Shown: positions 46,303 to 55,489 of the stretch, one piece after another
Numbering within the stretch: position 1 is the first letter of the stretch
Layout: the number at the start of each line of letters is the position of its first letter
NCBI GenBank assembly: GCA_947085185.1
Contig: CAMTVK010000006.1
Location: 1 to 64,000 of the forward strand
Length of the DNA: 64,000 nucleotides
Direction of reading: 5' to 3'
Source of the DNA: Candidatus Fraserbacteria bacterium
GTDB lineage: Bacteria; Bipolaricaulota; Bipolaricaulia; RBG-16-55-9; DRXL01
The notes under the pieces: generated by a model
Database searches by the model: none
What the model was told of the DNA's origin: nothing
What the model saw: only the letters and a program-made list of their open reading frames with translations
Made by a program: the position numbers and the translations under genes

Positions 46303-48561
46303 TCAGCGCGGTTGGGCAAGCAAGTCCTTGAGCTGTGCTTCCATCTGGGCGAGCGCGGCGGCTTGGGCTTTGAGCCGAGTGAGCTCATCGGGATCGGTGA
46401 GCCGGCGGCTGCGCTCGATCTCTCCGATGCGTCTGAGAATCTTCTCTTTGAGCTGGGCGATGACGGCCAGACCGCGCTCGAACTGGGCGCGGGCGGCCTC
46501 AAGTGCGCCGCGCTCGCGATGCAGCATCCCCTGCACTAAATACGCTCGGGGATAGTCGGGATGCTCTTGCAAAAATTTTGCTAACTCACCCCACACCAGC
46601 GTGCGGTCCCCTTGAGAGACGAGCACGAGCACCCGCTGCATAAATTCGGCTTCCAAACGCATAGCGGGTTCTGGGTCCAGGCGCAAGAGCTTCTGCAAGT
46701 GCTCGCGAGCGCGCTGGGTCTCCCCCAGGCGTAAGTCCAGTTCGGCTAACTGAATATACGTGTTCTCTACGGGATAAGACTTAAGAGAGCGCTCAAAGAG
46801 CTCGCGAGCGCGTTGGAGCTCCCCTTGCTCTCCGTAGATGACCCCTAGATAATAGAGAGCTTTCCCGGGCGCGATCGCCAAAGCGACGCTGCGCTCTAGC
46901 GCGATGCGCGCCAACTCATACCGAAGATTATTGATTTCAGCTTCCCCTTCATCGAGAGCGATGTCCGCTTGCCAATCGCGATACGCAAAGACCGAGACAG
47001 TCACAGCCAACACAAGAGCCGTGACACCCACAGCGATCTTGGCAGACGATCCGAGCGTCACCGTGGGTGCCGGGCCGAGCAGCGGGCGCGTATAGAGCAG
47101 ACTGATCAAGAGCACGAGGTTGAGCTCCGATGCCGGCAGGTGCAACGGAAAGCTCACGAGCGCATCCGTGAGGAACGCGACGAGACCTGCGCCGAGCGCC
47201 ACCACCCAAAGCCGGCGCTCAGGGGACTCTGACGAGCGCACGAAGCGATGCGCTCTCGCTATCAGGGTGCCCGCAAATATCCCGAGAGCTACCAGGCCGA
47301 TCAGCCCCAGCTCGGCGATCAATTGCACGTAGTCGTTATGGGCTTGGATCGCCCGGGGCAGATAGAAATTATACTGCTGTCCCAGCGGGGTCTCCTTGAA
47401 GCGCGCTTTATATTCTAAGAATTCGACTTTATAGTCCCCCAAGCCCACCCCGACAAACGGGTGCGCCTTGAGCATTTCATAAGCGATCCACCAGTTCCAG
47501 GTGCGCGCGATCCCGGAGTTCTCCTCCCAGAGGCGCTGAAAGAATTTGGCGATCTGTTCGATAGGTGACGCCTCAAGGGGGGCCGCGCGGCCCAGAAGGG
47601 AGTTCAGCGGTCCCGGCGGCGACTGCAGCCAGACCACAAGCGCCAAGAGAATCACGACAGCGAGCACCCAACGGCGTTGGCTCGCTATCGCTGATCTGAG
47701 CTGAAAGATCAGCATCCCCCCAAAGAAGAAGATCACAGAGGCCAAAGCAGCGAGATACGCCCCGACGGAGTTTGCTGCCACAAGGGCCGCGACCATCACA
47801 ATTAAGAGGGCTACAAGCCCAAGCCGCACCACGCGACTCTGTGTCATCACCGAGAGAAAGACCCCGGGCACGAGCAGATGCGCCAAGAACCCCGCCAGAT
47901 AATTGGGATTCCCAAACGTCGAGATCATCGCCGGGCTGCTCCCTAAAAACCCCGGCGGCCCCGGCAATCGCCCATAATACTGCAGGAGCCCATAAACTGA
48001 AGCAATGGCCGCCGACAGCAAGAGCGCGCCCAGAAGAATCTTTATGTCGCGCTCACTCTCGACGGTGTTGACGATGAGCACACCCAACAGCCCAAAATAG
48101 ATCAGCCCGACGAAGCTTATCAGACTTAAAGCGAGATTCTCAGCATTGATCAGCGAGAGTGCACACGCCCCCAAGACTCCCAGAGCCGGCCAAGCAAGCT
48201 GTGTCACGCTGAGCTCGGTCTGAGCACGCAAGAAAATCTCTAAAGCCCATAAGACTACTAACGTTGAGATGCCCCCATAGAGCACGGCGCTTTTAGTGTA
48301 GCCGTACTCGGTGTTGGGCAGATAGATCACAATGGGCACGGCGAAGACGAGCGCGACTAAGAGCCAGAAGCGCAGCCGGGGAAGCGACACTAATCGCAAG
48401 CGCGCTGCAGCGCGCTCCAGGAGCGCCCGTGCGACCTCTCCCCCGGCCCCTCCCCTAAAGAGGGAGGGGAGCTTCTTCTCTCTAGGAGAGATTCTGGAGT
48501 ACTTAGGTTGCTTATAGGCTTTCCGTGTTCTCCGGGCCATTCCGTGTTCTCCGTGATTCAA
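46303..48561 (-). CDS. O-antigen ligase / oligosaccharyltransferase-like (Wzy_C) membrane protein with C-terminal TPRs
   Basis: Many TMs; STFGNPNYLAG, R..W..A..M...HPFVGVGLG, AHNDYVQLIAELG; TPR helices; ATGA overlap with upstream gene. Confidence 0.85.
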   Translation of the reverse strand: MNHGEHGMARRTRKAYKQPKYSRISPREKKLPSLFRGGAGGEVARALLERAAARLRLVSLPRLRFWLLVALVFAVPIVIYLPNTEYGYTKSAVLYGGISTLVVLWALEIFLRAQTELSVTQLAWPALGVLGACALSLINAENLALSLISFVGLIYFGLLGVLIVNTVESERDIKILLGALLLSAAIASVYGLLQYYGRLPGPPGFLGSSPAMISTFGNPNYLAGFLAHLLVPGVFLSVMTQSRVVRLGLVALLIVMVAALVAANSVGAYLAALASVIFFFGGMLIFQLRSAIASQRRWVLAVVILLALVVWLQSPPGPLNSLLGRAAPLEASPIEQIAKFFQRLWEENSGIARTWNWWIAYEMLKAHPFVGVGLGDYKVEFLEYKARFKETPLGQQYNFYLPRAIQAHNDYVQLIAELGLIGLVALGIFAGTLIARAHRFVRSSESPERRLWVVALGAGLVAFLTDALVSFPLHLPASELNLVLLISLLYTRPLLGPAPTVTLGSSAKIAVGVTALVLAVTVSVFAYRDWQADIALDEGEAEINNLRYELARIALERSVALAIAPGKALYYLGVIYGEQGELQRARELFERSLKSYPVENTYIQLAELDLRLGETQRAREHLQKLLRLDPEPAMRLEAEFMQRVLVLVSQGDRTLVWGELAKFLQEHPDYPRAYLVQGMLHRERGALEAARAQFERGLAVIAQLKEKILRRIGEIERSRRLTDPDELTRLKAQAAALAQMEAQLKDLLAQPR
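48434..48470. repeat. REP-like palindrome within the ligase 5' region
   Basis: ACCTCTCCCCCGG-CCCCTCCC-ctaaaga-GGGAGGGG (8-bp stem); reads LPSLFRGGAGGEV in the CDS. Confidence 0.6.
48521..48553. repeat. 14-bp direct repeat TTCCGTGTTCTCCG, two copies
   Basis: Copies at 48521-48534 and 48540-48553. Confidence 0.7.
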
Positions 48562-49247
48562 AAATACCCTAACGCTCTGAGGCGCTCCATCAGCCCCTCT
48601 TTGTCGGTGCCACGCCCGGCCCGCTCCGCCACATCTCTATCGGGGACGGGCTTGGTGCACGGCACACACCCCAAACTGCGATAGCCCTTATCGTAGAGAG
48701 AGCAGTACGGCAATTGATATTTTTTAATATACTCCCAGATGTCGCGCTCGCGGAAGTGCAGGATGGGATGAACCCGAACGTGATCGGCCCTTGGAGAGAG
48801 ATAGAGCTCTTGGGAGCGCGCTTGGTGCTCGTCCCAGCGCACGCCCGTAATAAGCGCGCGCCATCTATATTTGTGAATCGCTTGAGTGAGCGCCTCCGTC
48901 TTGAGGCGCTTGGTGCAAAAGAGACAAAACTGGGGATCGTCGGTGGGCGGGGCTTGCTCGAGGGCTTGGCGGTTTTGATAGACGACGAGCTGGAAGCCCC
49001 ACTCGCGAGCAAGACGATCCCGATAGTCATAGACTTCAGGGAAGTCTACGGTCGTATCGATGTGCAAGACGGGGATGGGGATGCGCCCCTTGCCGGCCCG
49101 CCGCACCAGATCGAGCGTCACGAGAGAATCCTTCCCGCCCGTAAACGCCACGGCCATCTCGCTCCCAAACTCTGCCAGCGCTTGCTTGAGAATTTCTAAG
49201 CTCTTCTGCTCGCGCTCAAGAAGCGTCCACGAAGAGATATCGTTCAT
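48558..49247 (-). CDS. Phosphoadenosine phosphosulfate reductase / CysD-family protein
   Basis: PP-loop FTGGKDS, IDT, GVRWDE, RVHPILHF, GYRSLGCVPCT, ERAGR. Confidence 0.88.
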   Translation of the reverse strand: MNDISSWTLLEREQKSLEILKQALAEFGSEMAVAFTGGKDSLVTLDLVRRAGKGRIPIPVLHIDTTVDFPEVYDYRDRLAREWGFQLVVYQNRQALEQAPPTDDPQFCLFCTKRLKTEALTQAIHKYRWRALITGVRWDEHQARSQELYLSPRADHVRVHPILHFRERDIWEYIKKYQLPYCSLYDKGYRSLGCVPCTKPVPDRDVAERAGRGTDKEGLMERLRALGYF

Positions 49248-49275
49248 AGAGTGTCCCCTTTCTCGCGTGAGTATA

Positions 49276-50523
49276 TCAGATTTTTGTGATCGTTGCCCGA
49301 TAGACGCTTTGTGCGTACTGAACCAGTCCCGCGGGGACGACGGGCCAGATCGCGCTCCACAGGCGCGGACGCCGAAGAAGCTCTCGCGCAATCCTGCTGG
49401 GATAGTCTATATCCCCAAATCGCTCGATCAGTCTGCGCACGTGAGGGCTCTTGAGTACTGTGAGGGCTTGCGCGATCTGGGCATCGTTGAGCTGCGTGAG
49501 CATCTGATGGGCAGAGAAGCCGAGGGTGAGCTCTCTTGCGAGCTGAGCGCGCCAGAGCTTCTCGTATTCTCTGAGTGTGCCTGCGTCAGTATGGCCGGAG
49601 AGCGCGCATCGGGCCGCGACTTCTCCAGCGATCCGCGCGCAGAGCATGCCCGTATAGATTCCCCCACCGCTGGTGGGCTTCGCTTGGCCTGCAGCGTCCC
49701 CGACGATGAGAACCCCGTCAGCGACGGTGCGCTCCGCCGGGCCGATGGGGATCATCCCTGACTGATACGAGAGGATCTTCCCGGAGTTATGATATTCCGT
49801 GCGCAGGCGCTCGAAGCACTCTTGGGCTTTGTGGAAGAGATCGGTGGCCAGCCCCACGCGGGCGGTGCCGTCGGCAGCGGGAACGGACCAAGCGAAGCAG
49901 TTTGCTGCCCAGCGCTTGCCAAAGAAGACCTCGACGAAGTCCCCTCTCACTCTGCCGTTCCCATCTTCTTCAGAGAGCAGAGGGGTTGCAATGAGCGCTT
50001 GGAGCCCTAAGAGAATCTTGTGTGGGCGGGGCAGGCCGGCTTGTTGGGCTAAGATACTGTGAGGGCCATCAGCGCCGATGATGACCGAAGCACTGAGAGA
50101 CTGTCGGGCGCCGCTGGGGGTCTGGGTGACGAGCGTGCGCGCTCTCTTCTTGTAGGGGCCAAGCGCGACGGCGCGCGTCCCAGTCTGGACAATGACCCCG
50201 ACTTTCGCGGCGCGCTCGACCAAGAACTGATCGAATCTATCCCGATTGATGACGTAGGCGCGGACGCGGTCGCCGCCCAGTTCATACACGGAGCCGTCGG
50301 GGGAGTGCACGCGCACGCCGGTGATCGTCCGGACGATAAGAGTGTCTGGGGCGCGGGCGAGCCGCCAGCCCCGAAGACTCAACAGCCCTGTGCACTGAAT
50401 CGGGCGCCCGATCTGAGTATGCTCTTCGAGCAAGAGCACGTGGGCCCCGTGGCGAGCAGCGATATATGCTGCGGTGGCGCCCGCGGGGCCGGCGCCTACC
50501 ACGATCACGTCATAGTGTTGCAT
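49276..50523 (-). CDS. Geranylgeranyl reductase-family FAD-dependent oxidoreductase
   Basis: VVGAGPAG, PIQCTG, RDRFD, GADG, GDAAGQAKPTSGGGIY. Confidence 0.88.
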   Translation of the reverse strand: MQHYDVIVVGAGPAGATAAYIAARHGAHVLLLEEHTQIGRPIQCTGLLSLRGWRLARAPDTLIVRTITGVRVHSPDGSVYELGGDRVRAYVINRDRFDQFLVERAAKVGVIVQTGTRAVALGPYKKRARTLVTQTPSGARQSLSASVIIGADGPHSILAQQAGLPRPHKILLGLQALIATPLLSEEDGNGRVRGDFVEVFFGKRWAANCFAWSVPAADGTARVGLATDLFHKAQECFERLRTEYHNSGKILSYQSGMIPIGPAERTVADGVLIVGDAAGQAKPTSGGGIYTGMLCARIAGEVAARCALSGHTDAGTLREYEKLWRAQLARELTLGFSAHQMLTQLNDAQIAQALTVLKSPHVRRLIERFGDIDYPSRIARELLRRPRLWSAIWPVVPAGLVQYAQSVYRATITKI

Positions 50524-50550
50524 AGTCAGAAACCAAAGGGCTTATGATCC

Positions 50551-50958
50551 TCACTTGCTCTTCTTAAACTCAGGAAGTCCCAAGCACCGCCGCAACAGCT
50601 GGCGCACTTCTTTCGCAATCTTGACAGCTTCCTTAGCTTCTTCTGCAGTCGGTTCCTCCCCAGGGTAGCGAGGCATGACGCTATATGCGTTGAGCATCTC
50701 CAACAAAGGATGGAGTGATTGCAACAAAACATCTTGTTTCTGACACAGCTGGAGCAGCCGCAAGAGATCGTGTGTCTTGGGGAAGGCTACTCGCCTCTGC
50801 ACCAGAAATGCTTTCAAATATTTCTCTGCACTTTGCTGGGCATGAAAACAAATACTGTTAGTCAATTTCTTTTTTTGTCGGCTCAAGATCAAAGCGACCT
50901 GGAAATCTTCTTCAGCCTTCTGAACCCAGGCGCGCACGTCCTCGCGAGGAGCGCTCAT
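50551..50958 (-). CDS. HEPN domain protein
   Basis: W..KAEED, CFHAQQSAEKYLKA, KTHDL, RYPG. Confidence 0.9.
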   Translation of the reverse strand: MSAPREDVRAWVQKAEEDFQVALILSRQKKKLTNSICFHAQQSAEKYLKAFLVQRRVAFPKTHDLLRLLQLCQKQDVLLQSLHPLLEMLNAYSVMPRYPGEEPTAEEAKEAVKIAKEVRQLLRRCLGLPEFKKSK

Positions 50959-51304
50959 AGAGCACCCAGCCTTGGCGTACCACCTCCTGCAGGAACGGAT
51001 CAAACCAGGTATTCAATCGCTTTGCGAATTCCGACGGCGTCAGAACGATCAAATCGAGAGGGTAGCGGCGCGGCTCAAAGTATCGCGAGACGAGCTGCTG
51101 CCGCCTGGCCAAGCTCTTTTCCGAGGTCGCAAGGACAATGAGAAGATCTAAGTCACTCTCAGTGCTCGGCTTCCCATAGACGTGCGACCCAAAGACAATT
51201 ACTCTCTCAGCGTTGAGCTCATGCACGAGCCGGCGCACACACGCTCGTAGCCAAGCTTCAACCGATGACGCTAGCTTAATAAACCTCTTCTTCTCTTCCC
51301 ACAT
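50912..51304 (-). CDS. Minimal nucleotidyltransferase (MNT) domain protein
   Basis: FGSHVYG...SDLDLLIV, DLIVLTP, G.VLYE; overlaps HEPN gene; TATAAT 8 nt upstream. Confidence 0.9.
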   Translation of the reverse strand: MWEEKKRFIKLASSVEAWLRACVRRLVHELNAERVIVFGSHVYGKPSTESDLDLLIVLATSEKSLARRQQLVSRYFEPRRYPLDLIVLTPSEFAKRLNTWFDPFLQEVVRQGWVLYERSSRGRARLGSEG

Positions 51305-51323
51305 CGCATCGTATTATATCGTA

Positions 51324-54032
51324 CTAGCGCATCACGAGCATCACGATGATCCCCTCGCCCTCGGTGAGGGGCTCGAGGGCTTTGCCGATGATCGCTCCCT
51401 CGCACTTTTGAATGCTATCGCAGCGCATGGCGTAGCCCGGCTGAGAAGCGCTTGTCAGAAGATCTCCCGGACGTATAGGGCCGTTCTCGGCAGTCACTTT
51501 CACCGGGACGCGCCCCAAGAGCGCTAGGAGAGCTTGCTGTGGCGAGCGATCCTGTGCCCCCAGCACAACTCCCGGGGCCGTCGAGATCACCCCGGCAACT
51601 AAGGGGCTGTAGGGTGTGCGCGCTTTGCGATAGTGTTTGGGATTTTGGGGATCGAGCTCGACGACGTCCCCAGGCGCGACGGCTTCAGAGACGGCGATAA
51701 ACTCAGCGACGTCGGCGCCACCGGGATTGAGGGAGCCGTCAGTGCAGACGTTGCCCGTCGCGCGCTCGACGCGGAAGATCGCCCCTGTATTGGTGCAAGC
51801 TGGCGACACCGTGCTCCAGTGGACGGCCATATTATTGTTGAGTATCTGCGAATTGAAGCCGATCTGGGTCGCATCGCTTGGGCTCACTTGCACGCCGATG
51901 GTCGCACTGCCGCCCTTATCGGCAAAAGCGCAGCCGCCACCAAAGTCTACGTCTTGATAGTTGAAGAGCACGTTGTTATTGCTCTCGAAGAGGACGATTT
52001 GGAAGCGCACGGTCACGCCAGAGTTGGTGCTACAGGTATAGTGTCCTACATTGCGCCACTCGATGACCAATTCTCGATTGGGGGCTGAGCCCAACACTTG
52101 CCAGAAGACGTTCTGGGTCGTGCCGGTGCCGCCGGGTCCCGGGAAGAGATCGTCCCAGAAGGGCGCGATGAGCGTCGTGAAGGAAGTATAGGGAAGCTGC
52201 TGATTGCTATACTGCAAACCGGTGTTATTGGTGAAGCTCAATAGGCCGTTTGCGTTGACATGGACGGTGCTGTAGCTGCTTGTGCCAAACTGCACAGCGA
52301 ATCCTGGGGTGATGGACGCCCAGGTATCATCCCCCAAGTTGAGATTCGTCCCAGTGATCGTGCGATAGTTTGGAGAGGGCGTCGTACAGCTGTAAGAACC
52401 TTGCACGCCGCCGACCTGCACGGTCGTAGATTCTCCGTTGGAGAAATTGAGCGTGAAGGTGCCGATCTGGCAAGCGTCGCCGGGCGTCCAAGTCCCTGAA
52501 TAGATGCCGTCGTTGGCAGCCAAGTCGGGCGCGACGCCGTTGTCTACGAGGTTGACGACTGTTCCGCCGGGGTTGATCGTCACTGTGAGAGCGCCTGCGG
52601 GAGCTGCGCAGTTAATGTTGAGCACCGCGATCGTCACCGGTGCTCCGCCGCCCACAGTGGCGAATGGTCGCAGGACCCCGAAGAACGGCGCGTTGGTGCA
52701 GGAGAGCGCCTGGAAGGCGTTGATGCGGCGCGCTGTGACTGACTTGCCTTGCAAGCTCAATTTGACGTCCCCAGTGGAGAAGATCAAGTTGCGAATAGCG
52801 ATCCAGTCGCGGCTGGGGCTGTGAGCTTTCAGTAGCGCGGCCAAGCCCGTGACGTGCGGCGTGGCCATCGAGGTGCCGCTGAAGGTGCTGTAGGTGTTGT
52901 TCGGAGTGGTGCTGAGAATGTTCTTCCCTGGAGCCCCGACGTGAACGGTGCGCAGACCGTAATTGGAAGCCCCGAAGGTAAAAGTCGCTAAGTTGTCTCT
53001 GTCGTCCGTAGCCGCCACGGCGATGATGTTGGGCAAGTAGTAATTGCTTGGGTAGTGAGGGATCGCATCGTTATCTGTCCCGTCGTTGCCTGCAGCGGCG
53101 ATGAACAAAATTCCGGCGTTCATGTGAGCTCTGATGGCATCCAAGAGCGCTTGCGAGAAGCCGCCGCCGCCCCAGGAGTTGTTGGTGGCGACGATGTTCT
53201 CGCCTTGGTTTTTCTCCGTCAAGACGTACTGCAAACACGAGATCGCGCCGGCTGTCGAACCGCTGCCGCCAGCTCCTAAGAACTTACAATGGCCGACTTT
53301 CACATCCCAGTTGACGCCTACGACCCCGACGCCGTTGTTGCCGCGCGCGCCGATTGTCCCAGCGACGTGCGTGCCGTGACCGTTGTCGTCCCTGGGATCG
53401 CTATCGTTGTTGAAGGTATCTATTCCGTAGATGTCGTCCACCCAGCCGTTGCTGTCGTCATCTATGCCATTGCCGGGAATTTCATTGGGGTTGACCCAGC
53501 GATTGGCTGAAAGGTCTTCGTGATTGTAGTCGCCTCCGGTGTCAATCACAAAGACCACGACGCTGCTGCTGCCCGTGGAGAGATCCCAAGCTTCGGGCGC
53601 GTCAATGTCAGCGTCGGGCGTGCCGCCGGTCTGGCCGGTGTTGTGCAGGCCGTAGAGCTGACTGAAGGACGGGTCATTGGGCGTGAGCTGTATCTGTTGG
53701 GCTTTGCGCACAATGTAATTGGGCTCGGCGTACAGCACGTCGGGGTTTTTTCTATAGAGCCGTATGGCTTCCGGCACGCTGAGGCTCGCTGGGAGACGCA
53801 CGAGCTGCAGATTGGGCACGATCTCGAAGGTCTTGAGCACTCTTGCGCCAAGCATGTTATGAACCTGGCTTGCGTCGACCCCGAGTTTGACCCGCACCAA
53901 AAGTTCATTAGGGACAAATTCGCCGGTTGGCTCTCTATCTTTCTGTCCTTGTACCGTTGCGGTCATGCTCACGAGCGCGAGGAGTGCGGTAAGCACTGTG
54001 ATCTTCAGCGCAGATCGTGTTATGGATCCCAT
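51324..54032 (-). CDS. Secreted multidomain S8 subtilase with C-terminal intramolecular-chaperone-like domain
   Basis: Signal peptide, YAEPNY propeptide, IDTG / HGTHVAG / GTSMATPHV; DNGVAPDLAANDGIYSG; IAPFWDDL; C-terminal GADVAE...GRVPVKV...IGKALE. Confidence 0.9.
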   Translation of the reverse strand: MGSITRSALKITVLTALLALVSMTATVQGQKDREPTGEFVPNELLVRVKLGVDASQVHNMLGARVLKTFEIVPNLQLVRLPASLSVPEAIRLYRKNPDVLYAEPNYIVRKAQQIQLTPNDPSFSQLYGLHNTGQTGGTPDADIDAPEAWDLSTGSSSVVVFVIDTGGDYNHEDLSANRWVNPNEIPGNGIDDDSNGWVDDIYGIDTFNNDSDPRDDNGHGTHVAGTIGARGNNGVGVVGVNWDVKVGHCKFLGAGGSGSTAGAISCLQYVLTEKNQGENIVATNNSWGGGGFSQALLDAIRAHMNAGILFIAAAGNDGTDNDAIPHYPSNYYLPNIIAVAATDDRDNLATFTFGASNYGLRTVHVGAPGKNILSTTPNNTYSTFSGTSMATPHVTGLAALLKAHSPSRDWIAIRNLIFSTGDVKLSLQGKSVTARRINAFQALSCTNAPFFGVLRPFATVGGGAPVTIAVLNINCAAPAGALTVTINPGGTVVNLVDNGVAPDLAANDGIYSGTWTPGDACQIGTFTLNFSNGESTTVQVGGVQGSYSCTTPSPNYRTITGTNLNLGDDTWASITPGFAVQFGTSSYSTVHVNANGLLSFTNNTGLQYSNQQLPYTSFTTLIAPFWDDLFPGPGGTGTTQNVFWQVLGSAPNRELVIEWRNVGHYTCSTNSGVTVRFQIVLFESNNNVLFNYQDVDFGGGCAFADKGGSATIGVQVSPSDATQIGFNSQILNNNMAVHWSTVSPACTNTGAIFRVERATGNVCTDGSLNPGGADVAEFIAVSEAVAPGDVVELDPQNPKHYRKARTPYSPLVAGVISTAPGVVLGAQDRSPQQALLALLGRVPVKVTAENGPIRPGDLLTSASQPGYAMRCDSIQKCEGAIIGKALEPLTEGEGIIVMLVMR

Positions 54033-54042
54033 GCTTTACCTC

Positions 54043-55404
54043 CTAGCGTAACATGACTTGCACTTCGATCACACCTGTGCCCTCGGTGAGGGGCTCGAGA
54101 GCCTTCCCGATCACGGCGCCGACGCACTGGCTCTTCTCCGGGCACCTCATCGCATACCCGGGGATCGGCGAGCTCACCAACAGATCGCCGACTTGGATGG
54201 CTCCATACTTGGCTGTCACCTTGACGGGCACGCGCCCGGCCAACGCCAAGATCGGGCGAGTATCGCTGCTCTTGGCGCTCTGGTTGCCCAATATAACTCC
54301 CGGAGCTGTCGAAATGACCCCGGCGACGCGATGGCTTATGGCCTCGCGGGCCTTGCGGAACTTGCCCGGATTGTCTGGGTCAATCTCGACGACATCGCCC
54401 GCTTCGAGCGGTTCGGTAGTATCGATGCGCTCGGCGACGTCGGCCCCGCCGCCGGTGATCGAGCCAGCGGCGTAGACGTTGCCCGTCGTGCGCTCGACGC
54501 GGAAGATCAAGCCTGTAGCTGAGCCAGAGCCCGTGTTATAAATTTCCAGAGCATTGGTACCGCTGGAGCTGTCGATGCGCAGGCCCGGCTGATTGGCAGT
54601 GTTATTGATATGGGTCTTGGCGCTGGGGCTGGAGGTGCCAATCCCGAGGTTGCCATCGGCGGTCAACCTCATCCATTCAGGGGGCGCTGTGCTACCGCTA
54701 TGCGCCGCCCACGCAAACCCTCCCCCACTCACGTGGCGGAAGTCGGATCGACTAGCCCCAGCCACATCCCGGTAGACGATCCCCACGACACTCGTAGGTG
54801 TTGAGAATTCTATCCGTCCTACTTCGCTGGTACCACTATTGAGAAACCAGCGCTGGAGACCCGTAGGTCGAATGTGGGAGCGCTCGATGCTTCCGCTGTC
54901 AGTGTAGAACTCTACAATGTTCACGCCCGCTGGGGCGTTCACCCGCAGGTTATCGTTGATCGTCTGCACCAACGGCTGCAGGCGCGGATTTTGAGCTACT
55001 TCCCCCACCGTAGGGCCACTCAACAGGGTCAAGGGCGGTGCCACTTGTCCGGCCTTCCCCCGCACCAGCGCTAATTTCCCCAGCTTCTTGGTCACGTTGC
55101 CAAACTCATCTTTCATAGTGACGGTATAGAGATAGACGCCACTGGCGACCGGCTGCCCTTGCATATTCAACATCTTCCAATCCAACGCCACGCCATTCAC
55201 AGCCCCCGAATCGAAGATCTTCTGACCCGCTAACGAGATGATCTCGACTCGCAGCTCCTTGACCGAGCCTTGGGCGGAGAACCGCACCGCATCGCTGTAG
55301 GTTGTCACGGTCAGGGAGACTGACTGGGCCAAGACTCCCAAGCCCAGCACGAACACGACTGCCACCCCGACAAGAAGACCCCGCAGAACCTGCCGCTGCA
55401 TCAT
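54043..55404 (-). CDS. Secreted protein: FlgD/Ig-like N-domain, tail-fibre-like repeat, C-terminal intramolecular-chaperone-like domain
   Basis: Signal peptide; EIISLAGQ...GQPVASGVYLY; MRLTADGNLGIGTSSP; GADVAE...GRVPVKV...IGKALE; SD AAGGAGG. Confidence 0.8.
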   Translation of the reverse strand: MMQRQVLRGLLVGVAVVFVLGLGVLAQSVSLTVTTYSDAVRFSAQGSVKELRVEIISLAGQKIFDSGAVNGVALDWKMLNMQGQPVASGVYLYTVTMKDEFGNVTKKLGKLALVRGKAGQVAPPLTLLSGPTVGEVAQNPRLQPLVQTINDNLRVNAPAGVNIVEFYTDSGSIERSHIRPTGLQRWFLNSGTSEVGRIEFSTPTSVVGIVYRDVAGASRSDFRHVSGGGFAWAAHSGSTAPPEWMRLTADGNLGIGTSSPSAKTHINNTANQPGLRIDSSSGTNALEIYNTGSGSATGLIFRVERTTGNVYAAGSITGGGADVAERIDTTEPLEAGDVVEIDPDNPGKFRKAREAISHRVAGVISTAPGVILGNQSAKSSDTRPILALAGRVPVKVTAKYGAIQVGDLLVSSPIPGYAMRCPEKSQCVGAVIGKALEPLTEGTGVIEVQVMLR

Positions 55405-55489
55405 CGTGATGCGCCTCCTTCTTCATGACGAGTGTGTAACACAAATTATAGACCTTACTCCCCCCTTCTGTCTAGTCCATCCTGCTCTA

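Noticed and set aside
54043..55404. Prophage remnant suggested by tail-fibre-like motifs
   Set aside because: The protein has a signal peptide and no integrase, terminase, capsid or other phage genes are nearby.
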